DNA of 32,000 bases. Origin: Ignicoccus hospitalis KIN4/I. Its GTDB lineage: Archaea > Thermoproteota > Thermoprotei_A > Sulfolobales > Ignicoccaceae. The stretch spans positions 510,001 through 542,000 of the forward strand of contig NC_009776.1 of assembly GCF_000017945.1 (NCBI RefSeq), in the 5' to 3' direction. This document shows positions 16,125-24,965 of the stretch, in pieces (position 1 is the first letter of the stretch; each line of letters starts with the position of its first letter). The notes below the pieces were generated by a model. The model saw nothing but the letters and a program-made list of their open reading frames with translations. It was not told the origin of the DNA and made no database searches. The position numbers and the translations under genes are program-made.

Positions 16125-16530
16125 CCCTTGGGACGCGGGTTTGGACCTCCACGCGCTGGAGGAAGTGGTAGTAGAGCCCGGGGAAGTGAAGGTCGTCCGC
16201 ACGGGAATAGCGATAGCTATACCCAGGGGGTTCGTGGGGCTGATCAAGGATCGCTCCTCTCGAGCGCTGAAGGGTCTACACGCGCTGGCCGGGGTAATAG
16301 ACCCCGGTTACCGGGGGGAAGTTAAGGTTGTTGTTACGAACTTAGGCAGTGATAAAATAACCATTAGGAAAGGGGAGAGGTTCGCACAGCTAGTTATAGT
16401 CCCGGTAGCTTACTTGGAGCCGGTCGAGGTCGAGGAGTTGCCCCCAAACGACGGCAGGTCGGGGGGTTTCGGCTCTACGGATGAGGAGTTGGTCCGGGTC
16501 GCGAGGGGTGAGCGGAGAGGGCCCCCCTAG
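16072..16530 (+). CDS. dut: dUTP diphosphatase (trimeric dUTPase family)
   Basis: 152 aa. Motifs DAGLDLHA, GVIDPGYRGE and RSGGFGST. The TTG start is supported because the conserved N-terminal VKRL...P.RA region lies upstream of the first ATG. Confidence 0.85.
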   Translation: MLPVKRLEKDAVMPKRANPWDAGLDLHALEEVVVEPGEVKVVRTGIAIAIPRGFVGLIKDRSSRALKGLHALAGVIDPGYRGEVKVVVTNLGSDKITIRKGERFAQLVIVPVAYLEPVEVEELPPNDGRSGGFGSTDEELVRVARGERRGPP

Positions 16531-16540
16531 CCGACCTCGC

Positions 16541-17353
16541 TCAGCGCCCGAACCTCCTCTGCCTCCTCTGGTAGTCCCGGAGGGCCCTCAGTATGTCTAT
16601 CCTCCTTATTTCTGGCCAGTAGATGTTGGCGAAGTAGAGCTCGCTGTACGCCGACTGCCAGAGCAAGAAGTTGCTTATCCTCTCCTCCCCGCTCGTCCTT
16701 ATTATCAAGTCGGGGTCGGGTAAGTTCTCCGTGTATAAGTGTTGGGTGATCACGTTCTCGTCTATCTGGTCCGGCTCCAGCTCCCCCCTCTTCACCTTCC
16801 AAGCTATCTTCCTCACCGCGTCAACTATTTCTTGTCGGCCCCCGTAACACACGGCGACGTTTATCACCCTCTTGTTGTAACCCTTCGTAGCCTCCTCTAC
16901 CTCCTTAGCGGCCTCGAGGAGTTCCTTGGGCCACAAGTTCCTTCTCCCTATTACCATGACCTTTACTTCGTTTCTGTGAACTATCTCGTCCTTGGCGAGC
17001 TCCCTCAAGCCCCCGGCTATGAGCTCGTAAAGCTTTTCCCTCTCCTCCGGGCTCCTCCTAGTGCAGTTCTCCGTCGACATAGCGAAGACTGTGACCACCT
17101 CTATCCCTAACTCCAACAACCACATTAACACTTCCCTCATCTTCTTGTAGCCTTCTCTATGACCCAACCACTCTTGGAGCCCCCTCATCCGCGCCCACCT
17201 CCTGTTGCCGTCGGGAATTATTGCTACGTGTTTGGGCAAATGGTCCTTGCTTATCTCCGCTTCCAGCTTCTTTTCATATATCTCGTATATTGGCTTCATC
17301 AAGAAGGATATTGTCCTCCAGCCCCTGTTCGCTAGCGCGGCTCTGGTTTGCAA
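16541..17353 (-). CDS. uppS: cis-prenyltransferase (undecaprenyl/dolichyl-type diphosphate synthase)
   Basis: HVAIIPDGNRRWA and DLIIRTSGEERISNFLLWQSAYSELYF. Start is either TTG 17353 (an AT-rich box lies about 30-40 nt upstream) or ATG 17299. Confidence 0.9.
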   Translation of the reverse strand: MQTRAALANRGWRTISFLMKPIYEIYEKKLEAEISKDHLPKHVAIIPDGNRRWARMRGLQEWLGHREGYKKMREVLMWLLELGIEVVTVFAMSTENCTRRSPEEREKLYELIAGGLRELAKDEIVHRNEVKVMVIGRRNLWPKELLEAAKEVEEATKGYNKRVINVAVCYGGRQEIVDAVRKIAWKVKRGELEPDQIDENVITQHLYTENLPDPDLIIRTSGEERISNFLLWQSAYSELYFANIYWPEIRRIDILRALRDYQRRQRRFGR

Positions 17354-17495
17354 GCATTAACTCCCGTTCAGCGGGTTAGTTGGGATTAAAATTAAGTAGG
17401 GATGAGAGGCCCGAACCTGACTTCGGGGGCAAGCAGTTGGACTTCGTGGAGCGGGAAGAGTAGGACGAGGTGTAGGGTGGTGGCGGGGCCCCGCG

Positions 17496-17572
17496 TGGTA
17501 GCGGGGGGTGGATTTGAACCACCGACCTCGGGGTTATGAGCCCCGCGGGCTACCAGGCTGCCCTACCCCGCT
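17496..17572 (-). tRNA. tRNA-Met (CAT), initiator type, CCA encoded
   Basis: Hand-folded from the reverse strand: AGCGGGG TA GGGC AGCCTGGTA GCCC G CGGGG CUCAUAA CCCCG AGGUC GGUGG UUCAAAU CCACC CCCCGCU A CCA (77 nt). The A1:U72 pair and the three G:C pairs closing the anticodon stem are archaeal initiator hallmarks. Confidence 0.9.
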
Positions 17573-17608
17573 AGGTCTCCCCGCCGTTGGGGACTTCCCC
17601 CATTGGGG

Positions 17609-17616
17609 TTAATAAG
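17609..17616 (-). promoter_or_regulatory. TATA-like box (CTTATTAA) upstream of tRNA-iMet
   Basis: The reverse strand reads gcAAACTTATTAACCCC, about 37-44 nt upstream of the tRNA 5' end. It is nearly identical to the box upstream of tRNA-Pro. Confidence 0.45.
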
Positions 17617-17620
17617 TTTG

Positions 17621-18823
17621 CTACATGGTGTGTATTTGTATCGGCGCGCCCTCTCTGGGGCTGAGGCGGTAGCTTGCGCCGGCCCTCTTTCTCATAACCT
17701 TATCGACGGCCGCTAAGAAGTCTTCCATAGTTACGTACTTGCGCTTGTTTCTGAGGGCATTATAGCCGGCCTCGGTCACTATCGCCTTCAAGTCCGCTCC
17801 GGTAGCCCCCTCCGTCATCTCCGCTATCTTCTCCAAGTCTACGTCGTCCGCCATCCTCATGTTTCTAGTGTGGATCTGCAATATCTCTAGCCTACCCTTC
17901 TTGTCCGGCGGCGGGATGTAGATTATTCTGTCAAACCGTCCCGGCCTCAAGATCGCGGGGTCGAGTATGTCCAGCCTGTTCGTGGCGGCTATGACCGCTA
18001 CCCCGCTCAGAGGGTCGAAGCCGTCGAGCTCCGCCAAGAGCTGCATCAACGTTCTCTGCACCTCCCTCTCGCCGGAGGTACCCATCTCTATTCTCTTGGC
18101 GGCTATGGCGTCTATCTCGTCTATGAATATTATGCTGGGCGCCTTCTTCCTAGCCATGTTAAAGACCTCTCTGACTATCCTCGCCCCCTCGCCTATGAAC
18201 TTGTTAACTAGCTCGCTCCCCACGACCCTTATGAAGGTAGCCCCTACCTCGCCCGCCACCGCCCTCGCGATCAAGGTCTTCCCGCAGCCGGGAGGGCCGT
18301 AGAGTAGGACTCCTTTCAAGGGCTCAATTCCTATCTCCTTGAACATTTCGGGATTCTTCAAGGGAAGTTCCACAACCTCTCTAACCTCCTCCAACTGCTG
18401 TTTCAACCCTCCTACGTCGCTATACCTTGTCTTGGGGCGTTCGACAACCTCCATAGCTTTTACGTAAGGATCCTCCAAACCTTTCAACACGTCCACTACA
18501 GTTGAACCCCTCTGGTTAACCGCCACGCTTATGCCGGGCTTGAGCAGTTCCTTGGGGACGCGGGAGCTTACCTCGACCACTAGGACCGGGCCGGCGCTGG
18601 ACTTCACCACCGCCCTCCCGTCAGGCAAGACGTCGAGCAAGGTCGCCTCTATGAGGGGCGGGTTGGTCAGCTTGTTGACCTCCCCCTTCCAGTACTCCAG
18701 CTCGGACTTGAGTCTCTTTACCTCCTTAGTCAGCCTGTTTATTTTTCTCTTGAGGAGTTCGACGTCCTCCACGTCGTCGCTTTCCTCTCCCCCAAATTTT
18801 CTATCAATATCAAACGCTACCAT
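17621..18823 (-). CDS. pan: Proteasome-activating nucleotidase (AAA+ ATPase)
   Basis: 400 aa with an ATG start. N-terminal coiled coil ([24 protein letters not shown]), Walker A GPPGCGKT, Walker [10 protein letters not shown], and AAA second region of homology ([21 protein letters not shown]). Confidence 0.93.
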   Translation of the reverse strand: MVAFDIDRKFGGEESDDVEDVELLKRKINRLTKEVKRLKSELEYWKGEVNKLTNPPLIEATLLDVLPDGRAVVKSSAGPVLVVEVSSRVPKELLKPGISVAVNQRGSTVVDVLKGLEDPYVKAMEVVERPKTRYSDVGGLKQQLEEVREVVELPLKNPEMFKEIGIEPLKGVLLYGPPGCGKTLIARAVAGEVGATFIRVVGSELVNKFIGEGARIVREVFNMARKKAPSIIFIDEIDAIAAKRIEMGTSGEREVQRTLMQLLAELDGFDPLSGVAVIAATNRLDILDPAILRPGRFDRIIYIPPPDKKGRLEILQIHTRNMRMADDVDLEKIAEMTEGATGADLKAIVTEAGYNALRNKRKYVTMEDFLAAVDKVMRKRAGASYRLSPREGAPIQIHTM

Positions 18824-18935
18824 TCAACTTCCCGTCTTCTGAGTAGCGGCATAAGGAAATTTTGAGGTTGGGCGGTAGGTGTTAACTAGTTATCATAGAG
18901 CGTCCCGGTTACGATTTCAAAGGAGAGAATCGAGC

Positions 18936-18942
18936 TTTATTA
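18936..18942 (+). promoter_or_regulatory. TATA-like box (TTTATTA) upstream of the rps19 block
   Basis: Lies 34-40 nt upstream of TTG 18976 in the divergent pan/rps19 spacer. Confidence 0.4.
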
Positions 18943-18975
18943 GAAACTTCCCGGAGGGCGGCGGGGTATCGAAAT

Positions 18976-19395
18976 TTGGAAGTGCCGGCCGCGTGGAAGA
19001 AGTTTAGGTACCGCGGGAAGACGTTGGAAGAGCTGTTGGAGATGCCCCTAGACGACTTCATAGAGTTGTTGCCGGCTAGGCAGAGGAGGAGTTTGAAGAG
19101 GGGCTTCAACGACGCTCAGAGGAGGCTCTTGGAGAAGGTGTTAAAGGCCCGAAAGGAAATGGAGAAAGGCAAGAAAGTGAAGATAAGGACCCACGTGAGG
19201 GACATGGTCATACTCCCGATAATGGTAGGGCTGACTATAGAGGTTTACAACGGCAAGGAGTTCGTGCCGGTCAAAATAGTGCCGGAGATGATAGGGCACT
19301 ACTTGGGAGAGTTCAGCCACACCACCGCCGTGGTCAAGCACGGTGAGCCCGGCCTGAAGGCGACCAGGAGCAGCTTGTTCGTAGCGGCCAAGTGA
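18976..19395 (+). CDS. rps19: 30S ribosomal protein uS19 (S19p/S15e)
   Basis: [15 protein letters not shown]...[10 protein letters not shown]...[14 protein letters not shown]...YNGKEF...[10 protein letters not shown]...GLKATRSS. The exact start is uncertain (TTG 18976 or GTG 18982). Confidence 0.92.
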   Translation: MEVPAAWKKFRYRGKTLEELLEMPLDDFIELLPARQRRSLKRGFNDAQRRLLEKVLKARKEMEKGKKVKIRTHVRDMVILPIMVGLTIEVYNGKEFVPVKIVPEMIGHYLGEFSHTTAVVKHGEPGLKATRSSLFVAAK

Positions 19396-19405
19396 GGTGT
19401 GAACC

Positions 19406-19885
19406 GTGCCCACGTGGCATTACTCCACTGATATAGCTGAGAAGAACCCGGAGAAGACCGCCAAAGCGATGATGTGGGACGCGCCGATATCGCCCAAGGA
19501 AGCCACGGAGCTTGCGAGGGTGATAAGGGGTATGAAACTAACTGAGGCCAAGGCTTACCTTGAGAGAGTAATAAAGATGGAGGAGCCCGTGCCTTATAGG
19601 AGGTACCACGGAAAGGTAGCCCACAAGAGGGGGCTGGCGGACAAGCACGGGATCCCCATGGGGAGGTACCCGGTAAAGGCCGCCAAGTACTTCCTGAAAT
19701 TATTAAAGAACGTCGAGGCTAACGCGGAGTTCAAGGGGCTCGAGGTAGAAAAGCTAAAGATAGTACATATTGCCTCTCACAAGGGGATGACGATTAAAAG
19801 GTGGATGCCCCGCGCCTTCGGGAGGGCCACGCCCGAGTTCGAGAGGAGGACTCACCTAGAGGTGATCGTGGAGGAGGTGGAGTAA
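19406..19885 (+). CDS. rpl22: 50S ribosomal protein uL22
   Basis: 159 aa. GTG start, preceded by GAGGTG 6 nt upstream. Conserved position after uS19. ISPKEATELARVIRGMKL is typical of uL22. Confidence 0.9.
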   Translation: MPTWHYSTDIAEKNPEKTAKAMMWDAPISPKEATELARVIRGMKLTEAKAYLERVIKMEEPVPYRRYHGKVAHKRGLADKHGIPMGRYPVKAAKYFLKLLKNVEANAEFKGLEVEKLKIVHIASHKGMTIKRWMPRAFGRATPEFERRTHLEVIVEEVE

Positions 19886-19886
19886 G

Positions 19887-20612
19887 TTGAGCGTGGCTAA
19901 AAAGAACATAAAGAAGTACTTCTTGGAACAAGCCTTAACGCAAGTCAAGGTTGACGAGTACCTAGCGTACAAGTTTCACAGCGTGGGCTACAGCAAGGTA
20001 GAGCTGCAGAAAACGCCCATGGGTACGAGGGTCATAATATACGCGGAGAGGTCGGGAGCGATAATAGGGAGGAGGGGCCAGACCATTAAACAAATAACGA
20101 AGGTGTTGGAAGAGTGGTTCGGCATACCCAACCCTCAAGTGACCGTAGTAAAGGTTGAGGAGCCCGAGCTAGACGCTAGAGTCATGGCCTTCAGGCTGGC
20201 GAACGCCCTCCAGAGGGGGTTCCACTTCAGGAGGGCCGCCTACACGACCCTCAGGAGGATAATGGGGGCGGGGGCTATAGGGGCCCAAGTGAAGGTCTCC
20301 GGCAAGCTTAGGGGCGAGAGGGCGCGCTTCGAGAAGTACATAGCCGGCAAGGTCTACAAGAGCGGCAACCAAGTGGTCAGGTTGACCGACAGGGCGATAG
20401 CGCACGTCTTACTCAAAGTGGGCGTAGAGGGTGTAGAAGTAATCATATCGAAGAAGAGCGAAGAAGAGAGGCCGGACGACGAGGTTAGGATAAAGAGCCC
20501 CGAGGAGGTCAATGAAATAGTGCAAAAGATAAGGGAAGAAATGCAACAGACCCAACCGGAAGCCCCTACGTTGGAGGAAACGGTCGAACAGAGCGGGGGT
20601 GAGACGCAATGA
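19887..20612 (+). CDS. rps3: 30S ribosomal protein uS3
   Basis: 241 aa. KH-domain region (GTRVIIYAERSGAIIGRRGQTIKQIT) and a charged C-terminal tail. Conserved operon position. Confidence 0.92.
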   Translation: MSVAKKNIKKYFLEQALTQVKVDEYLAYKFHSVGYSKVELQKTPMGTRVIIYAERSGAIIGRRGQTIKQITKVLEEWFGIPNPQVTVVKVEEPELDARVMAFRLANALQRGFHFRRAAYTTLRRIMGAGAIGAQVKVSGKLRGERARFEKYIAGKVYKSGNQVVRLTDRAIAHVLLKVGVEGVEVIISKKSEEERPDDEVRIKSPEEVNEIVQKIREEMQQTQPEAPTLEETVEQSGGETQ

Positions 20613-20827
20613 CTAACTTGAAGCCGGACGAAATAAGGAAGATGAGCAGGGAAGAGAGGGAACAGAAGTTAAAGGAGCTCAAAAGCGAGCTGATAACGCT
20701 GAGGTACCAAGCCAAGATGGGACACATAGACAACCCGGCTAAAATTAGGAACATCAAAAGGACTATAGCTCGGATACTCACGATAAACAGAGAAGAAGAG
20801 CTGGGCTTGAGAAGGGGCAAACAATGA
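20609..20827 (+). CDS. rpl29: 50S ribosomal protein uL29
   Basis: 72 aa. Overlaps rps3 by ATGA. Contains [25 protein letters not shown], typical of uL29. Confidence 0.9.
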
Positions 20828-21102
20828 AACACACGCCGAAGAACGTTATTTACCACAACTTGGTGGGCCTCCGGGTAGAAGTGTTAGCTCACCCGGACCC
20901 CTCAATGAAGGGCTTGAAGGGTAGGATAATAGACGAGAGCAAGTCCTTCCTAACCATAGAGAAGGACAATGGGGAGTTGGTGAAAGTGCAGAAGCTCGGT
21001 ACCTTCGTGTTGGTGCTACCTAGCGGGAGGAAGGTTGAAGTAAGGGGGGAACTGCTAAGGGGGAGGCCTGAGGAGAGGCTGAAGAAGTTCCTAAAAGCTT
21101 AG
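20824..21102 (+). CDS. rnp1: RNase P protein component 1 (Rpp29/Pop4)
   Basis: 92 aa. Overlaps rpl29 by [38 protein letters not shown]...GRPEERLKK matches the archaeal Rpp29 pattern and its conserved position after uL29. Confidence 0.85.
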
Positions 21103-21154
21103 GCGCGAAGGCCTTGTTAGAGCTGGGCTGAAGGGAAGCTTATGGGGATTTAAA

Positions 21155-21562
21155 GTGGCGACATTAAAGTTCCCCAGCGAAGCTTCTACATGCGAAGAAT
21201 GTATATACTACTCCAAGCTCCTCAAGTACTGCCTCAAGTACAAAGTCCCAGTGGAGGACCCGCGCTCGCCCCCGTGCAAGCCGAAGGGCTACTTCATGTA
21301 CACTCGGCCGGACGAGAACACGCTTGTCGGCGAGCTCTGCCTTCCGGACGTAGGCGTCTTGAGTAAGGTGATCCCACTAAAACCCAAGGTCCGCGTGGGC
21401 GAGATACTCGACGCGTTGGAGAAAGTCGGATGTAAACCCAAAGAGAGCAAGAGGGTGAAGGACTACGTCACCATCTACTTGACGTGTCCGTGTGCAGTGA
21501 GGGCGAGCATTAAGTGTACTGAAGAAGCTTGCGTCTACAGAATAATGGGTAAAGGGAAGTGA
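21155..21562 (+). CDS. Hypothetical Cys-rich protein (10 Cys in 135 aa)
   Basis: GTG start. Codon usage resembles that of confirmed genes. Cys pattern is CxxC-x9-C-x14-C at the N-terminus and CxC-x7-C-x4-C at the C-terminus. No family recognised. Confidence 0.55.
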   Translation: MATLKFPSEASTCEECIYYSKLLKYCLKYKVPVEDPRSPPCKPKGYFMYTRPDENTLVGELCLPDVGVLSKVIPLKPKVRVGEILDALEKVGCKPKESKRVKDYVTIYLTCPCAVRASIKCTEEACVYRIMGKGK

Positions 21563-22119
21563 AGGGTGCCCCCAGCGCGTTAATACTGCCATTCAATTAC
21601 TTTTTCGAACTCAAAGAGGACTTCTATTCAAGCGTAGCGGGCGAGGAGGCGTACTTGGTCTCCTCCCCCTTCGTAGTCAAGGCCTACTGTAGGGCAGAGA
21701 GGCTCTTGTTGAGCGTCCCCCCGGGCAGCCTCATAGCTTATGAGGAGGGACTCTTGGACTTGGGGGCTTGCGTGGCCCTCGAGTACTTCTGGTTTGAAGG
21801 GTGGGAGCTGGGATGGGAAGTGGAGGACTGGCCCGAGTGGGTAGACGAGGTCGCGAGGAAAGCCGGCTTTAGGAAGGGCAAGGGGAGGCGTTTGAATGGA
21901 ATCGAAGGGGAAGAGGGGGAGGTCGAGGTAGTCAAGCCGTGGCACCCTGCGGCGAGGGCGCTCGAGGGCCGATGCGAGGGCGGCGAAGCCGAAGGGGAGC
22001 TGCTGGCCAAGTGCGGGGGCTCGAAGTTCCTCGTGGACAACGGCGAAGAAATATTCGTAGGGAAGATAGACGAACCTTGGAGGCTCTTGCCCGTTGTCGC
22101 ATACGCCTCAAGGCGATGA
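21559..22119 (+). CDS. Hypothetical acidic, Trp-rich protein
   Basis: 186 aa. GTG start overlaps the upstream stop (GTGA). Contains EYFWFEGWELGWEVEDWPEWVDE. No family recognised. Confidence 0.55.
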   Translation: MKGAPSALILPFNYFFELKEDFYSSVAGEEAYLVSSPFVVKAYCRAERLLLSVPPGSLIAYEEGLLDLGACVALEYFWFEGWELGWEVEDWPEWVDEVARKAGFRKGKGRRLNGIEGEEGEVEVVKPWHPAARALEGRCEGGEAEGELLAKCGGSKFLVDNGEEIFVGKIDEPWRLLPVVAYASRR

Positions 22120-22212
22120 GGTTTGCACGTCAGGCCGACCGGTGAGGAGGATTGGCCTTTCCGAGCCAAACCCCTTTTACCGCCGAGTCTCTAACGCGTC
22201 GCGGCGACAGCA

Positions 22213-23751
22213 ATGGGGCTCCGTAAGCCCGAGGAGTACATAAGCGCTCTCAGAGAGAAGAGCAAGAGGGCCGAAATATACGTCCTCGGGGAGAGGGTAG
22301 AGGACGTCACGAAACACCCCTTCACCCTGCCGGCCGTCAAGGCCTTCGAGTGGACCTACAAGGCCCCGTGGGACCCCTACTTCTACGACAAAGAGATGGG
22401 CGTCCACCTAGCTAAGGCCTACTCGCCGTTCATAAACGAAGAGATAAACCGCTTCAACCACATCCACCAGAGCCCTCAAGACTTAGCCATTAAGGTCAAG
22501 TACTTCAGGAAGCTCTCCCACAAGGCCGGCTCGTGCTTCCAGAGGTGCGTAGGCTGGGACGCCATAAACACGATAAGCATCATCTCCTATGACATAGACA
22601 AATGGTACGAACAGAAGGGCGAGAAGCCGGAGCACTTCGAGCACTTCGGCACTTACTACGAGAGGTTCCTCAAGTTCCTCAAGTACGTACAAAAGGAGGA
22701 CATCGCGCTCGCCGGAGTCATGACCGACGCCAAGGGAGTGAGGTCCTTGAGGCCCCACGAACAGCCAAACAAGGACGTTTACGTGCACGTGAAGGAGGTA
22801 GCCGACGAAGGCATAATAGTGAGGGGAGCTAAGGCCAACATAACTGGTGTCGTAGCCAGCGAAGAGATGATTGTAATGCCTACCAGGGCCATGACGGAGA
22901 AGGACAAGGACTTTGCCATAGCCTTCGCGGCGCCGATAGACGCCGAAGGGGTCACCTTGGTAGTCGGCAGGTACACGAACGACACTAGGAGGTTCGAGGA
23001 GCCCAACGTGGACGCGCTGCCCGGAGTCTTTCCGGCTGAGGCCATAGTCATCTTCGACGACGTGTTCGTCCCGTGGGAGAGGGTGTTCATGTTTAGGGAG
23101 TACCAGTTCGCCGCCGAATTGGTCGAGATATTCTCGAGCTACCACAGGCAAGCCTACGGCGGCTGCAAGCCGGGCTTAGCGGACGTGATAATAGGCGGCG
23201 CTTACCACTTGGCGAAGCAGATGGGCATAGCCAACAAGTGCCACATACGGGAGAAGCTCACCGAGATGATATTCCTCACGGAAGCCATGCACGCCGGCGG
23301 GCTCGCCGCCGCTTGGGAAGGCAAGAAGGCCGCCTCCGGCACTTACTACGTCGACCAGATGAAGGCCAACGTAACCAAACAGATGGTCACCAGGTTCCCC
23401 TACGAAATAGCCAGGTTGGCCCACGACATAGCCGGCGGCCTGATAGGCACTTTGCCGTCTTACAAGGACTTGATGCACGAGAAGATAGGGAAGTACTTAC
23501 AGCAGTACCTCCAGTGCTTGCCCGACTACCCGGCGGAGTGGAGGCACCGCGTGCTCCGCTTGCTGGAGAACATAACTTTGAGCGTGGAGTTCCTAATAGA
23601 GAGCGTACACGGAGCGGGGAGCCCAGAGGCCCAGAGGATATGGATGAGGAGGTTCTACCCGTTGGAGGAAATGGAGGATGTCGCCCTTTCCTTGGCCGGC
23701 ATAAACCCGGAGGAGAAGCCGGAGAGGAAGAAGCAGAAAGAGCAAACCTAA
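22213..23751 (+). CDS. abfD: 4-hydroxybutyryl-CoA dehydratase / vinylacetyl-CoA isomerase (AbfD family)
   Basis: 512 aa with an ATG start. The HpaB/AbfD-fold length and the two [4Fe-4S] ligand motifs of AbfD are both present: CFQRC (Cx3C) and YHRQAYGGC (H-x6-C). Confidence 0.88.
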   Translation: MGLRKPEEYISALREKSKRAEIYVLGERVEDVTKHPFTLPAVKAFEWTYKAPWDPYFYDKEMGVHLAKAYSPFINEEINRFNHIHQSPQDLAIKVKYFRKLSHKAGSCFQRCVGWDAINTISIISYDIDKWYEQKGEKPEHFEHFGTYYERFLKFLKYVQKEDIALAGVMTDAKGVRSLRPHEQPNKDVYVHVKEVADEGIIVRGAKANITGVVASEEMIVMPTRAMTEKDKDFAIAFAAPIDAEGVTLVVGRYTNDTRRFEEPNVDALPGVFPAEAIVIFDDVFVPWERVFMFREYQFAAELVEIFSSYHRQAYGGCKPGLADVIIGGAYHLAKQMGIANKCHIREKLTEMIFLTEAMHAGGLAAAWEGKKAASGTYYVDQMKANVTKQMVTRFPYEIARLAHDIAGGLIGTLPSYKDLMHEKIGKYLQQYLQCLPDYPAEWRHRVLRLLENITLSVEFLIESVHGAGSPEAQRIWMRRFYPLEEMEDVALSLAGINPEEKPERKKQKEQT

Positions 23752-23759
23752 AAGCAGCC

Positions 23760-24965
23760 TCAGTAATAGAAGTTTCCACTAAAGTACCTAATTTTTCCCC
23801 TCACTACGGTTGCCACTACCTCTCCCCAGAGGTTCATGCCCTCGAAGGGGCTGTACTTAGCTTTGCTCTCGAACTCCCAAGGCTCCACCCTCCTCCTCTC
23901 GTTTACGTCCACCACTGTGAAGGAGGCCAAGGAACCGGTCTCCAGCCTCCCCAAGTCCGGCCAGAGGCCCAGTAGCTTGGCGGGGAGCTCGGAGTAGCTC
24001 CTCACTACCTTGTTGAGGGAAATTATGCCCCTCTTGTACAAAGTTAAGAGCAAGGGCAGCGCGGTCTCCAGCCCGGGGAAGCCCGGGGGACAGTCGTAGA
24101 ATGGAAGCTCCTTCTCCCACACGGCGTGAGGGGCGTGGTCGGTTACCATCATTACGTCCTTGTTGACGAAAATGTCGAACATCATCCCCCTCCTCGGCTC
24201 GTCCCGCAGTGGAGGGTTCACCTTTGCGACGCATCCTTTTAGCTTTTCTACTTCGTTGTTTAACAATATGTGATGGGGCGTTACGTCGAACGTAAAGCCC
24301 ATTTCCTCGGCTTTTCTCGCCCCTTCCGGGGTGCTTACGTGGGTGAAGTGAACTTTAGAGAAGCCCCTAAACAGCTCCATAGCCGCCGGCTCAGCGAAGG
24401 GCGACCTCGAGAGCCCCCTCTCGCCGGGGTCGGGGCTCTCCTTGACGAACGCGGGGTGCTCGGGGTGAACCACTATCAAACCGTCATAGTTCCTCAAGAC
24501 GTGTAGGTTAGGGTAGTCCTCTGGATACACCTTCACTCCGACGACGTGTTTAGACATCGCCCTCAGCTCCTCCGGGCTTTCCGGGACCCCGGCGTACTGG
24601 TAGCAGTCGACCAAACACGTTCGCTTGAACTCTTCCAACCTTTTCTTCAATATTTCTAGATTGTTTATCTTGGGTAAGGTGTTCGGCATGTCGGCTATGG
24701 CAACTACCCCTCCCTTGAGCGCTGCCCGGGAGGCCGTCAAGGGGTCTTCCTTGTGTGACAACATGAGGCCCCTCGTGTGCACGTGCGCGTCGACCATGCC
24801 GGGCAGGGCGATCGTACCCCTCATCTCGAGGCAAGTCTCACAGTCACAAGCGGCCGAGGGGCCGCGCACCGCCAAGCGCTCCCCTTCTGAGATGAGGGTC
24901 GCCTCGACCACCTCTCCTTTATAAAATATCTTCCCCTTGTAGCCTACTGCGCACTCCTTCGCCAA
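23760..24965 (-). CDS. pyrC: Dihydroorotase
   Basis: 401 aa. Metal-binding motif MVDAHVHTRG and a later VTDHAPH motif. TTG start 24965 overlaps the upstream V4R-like ORF by 47 nt. An alternative GTG start is at 24911. Confidence 0.85.
   Translation of the reverse strand: MAKECAVGYKGKIFYKGEVVEATLISEGERLAVRGPSAACDCETCLEMRGTIALPGMVDAHVHTRGLMLSHKEDPLTASRAALKGGVVAIADMPNTLPKINNLEILKKRLEEFKRTCLVDCYQYAGVPESPEELRAMSKHVVGVKVYPEDYPNLHVLRNYDGLIVVHPEHPAFVKESPDPGERGLSRSPFAEPAAMELFRGFSKVHFTHVSTPEGARKAEEMGFTFDVTPHHILLNNEVEKLKGCVAKVNPPLRDEPRRGMMFDIFVNKDVMMVTDHAPHAVWEKELPFYDCPPGFPGLETALPLLLTLYKRGIISLNKVVRSYSELPAKLLGLWPDLGRLETGSLASFTVVDVNERRRVEPWEFESKAKYSPFEGMNLWGEVVATVVRGKIRYFSGNFYY

Noticed and set aside
17354-17495. 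Possible C/D-box sRNA or other ncRNA in the 142-nt spacer between uppS and tRNA-iMet (GGATGAG ... CTGA at about 17399-17420; hairpin CCCGAA/TTCGGG at 17410-17427)
   Set aside because: The C box is imperfect (GGATGAG, not RUGAUGA). There are no C'/D boxes at proper spacing and no terminal stem. Other TGATGA hits in the window (for example 133-138 and 4327-4333 on the minus strand) lie inside coding frames without matching D boxes.
21190-21370. Alternative ATG-initiated frame downstream of the ATTTAAA box at 21147-21153
   Set aside because: It translates to about 58 aa of low-complexity sequence (MRRMYILLQAPQVLPQ...). It is out of frame with the codon-usage-supported 135-aa ORF.
21628-22169. 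Minus-strand ORFs 21628..21945 and 21738..22169, opposite the 186-aa hypothetical gene
   Set aside because: Their S/P-rich composition looks like antisense reading. The + strand ORF is favoured by its GTGA coupling to the upstream ORF and by codon usage. Neither strand has homology support, so this is the least certain rejection.
22483-23975. ORFs 22483..23151 (-), 22779..23090 (-), 23176..23478 (-), 23387..23779 (-) and 23238..23975 (+)
   Set aside because: All overlap the 4-hydroxybutyryl-CoA dehydratase or pyrC frames. They are R/G/P-rich or otherwise low-complexity.
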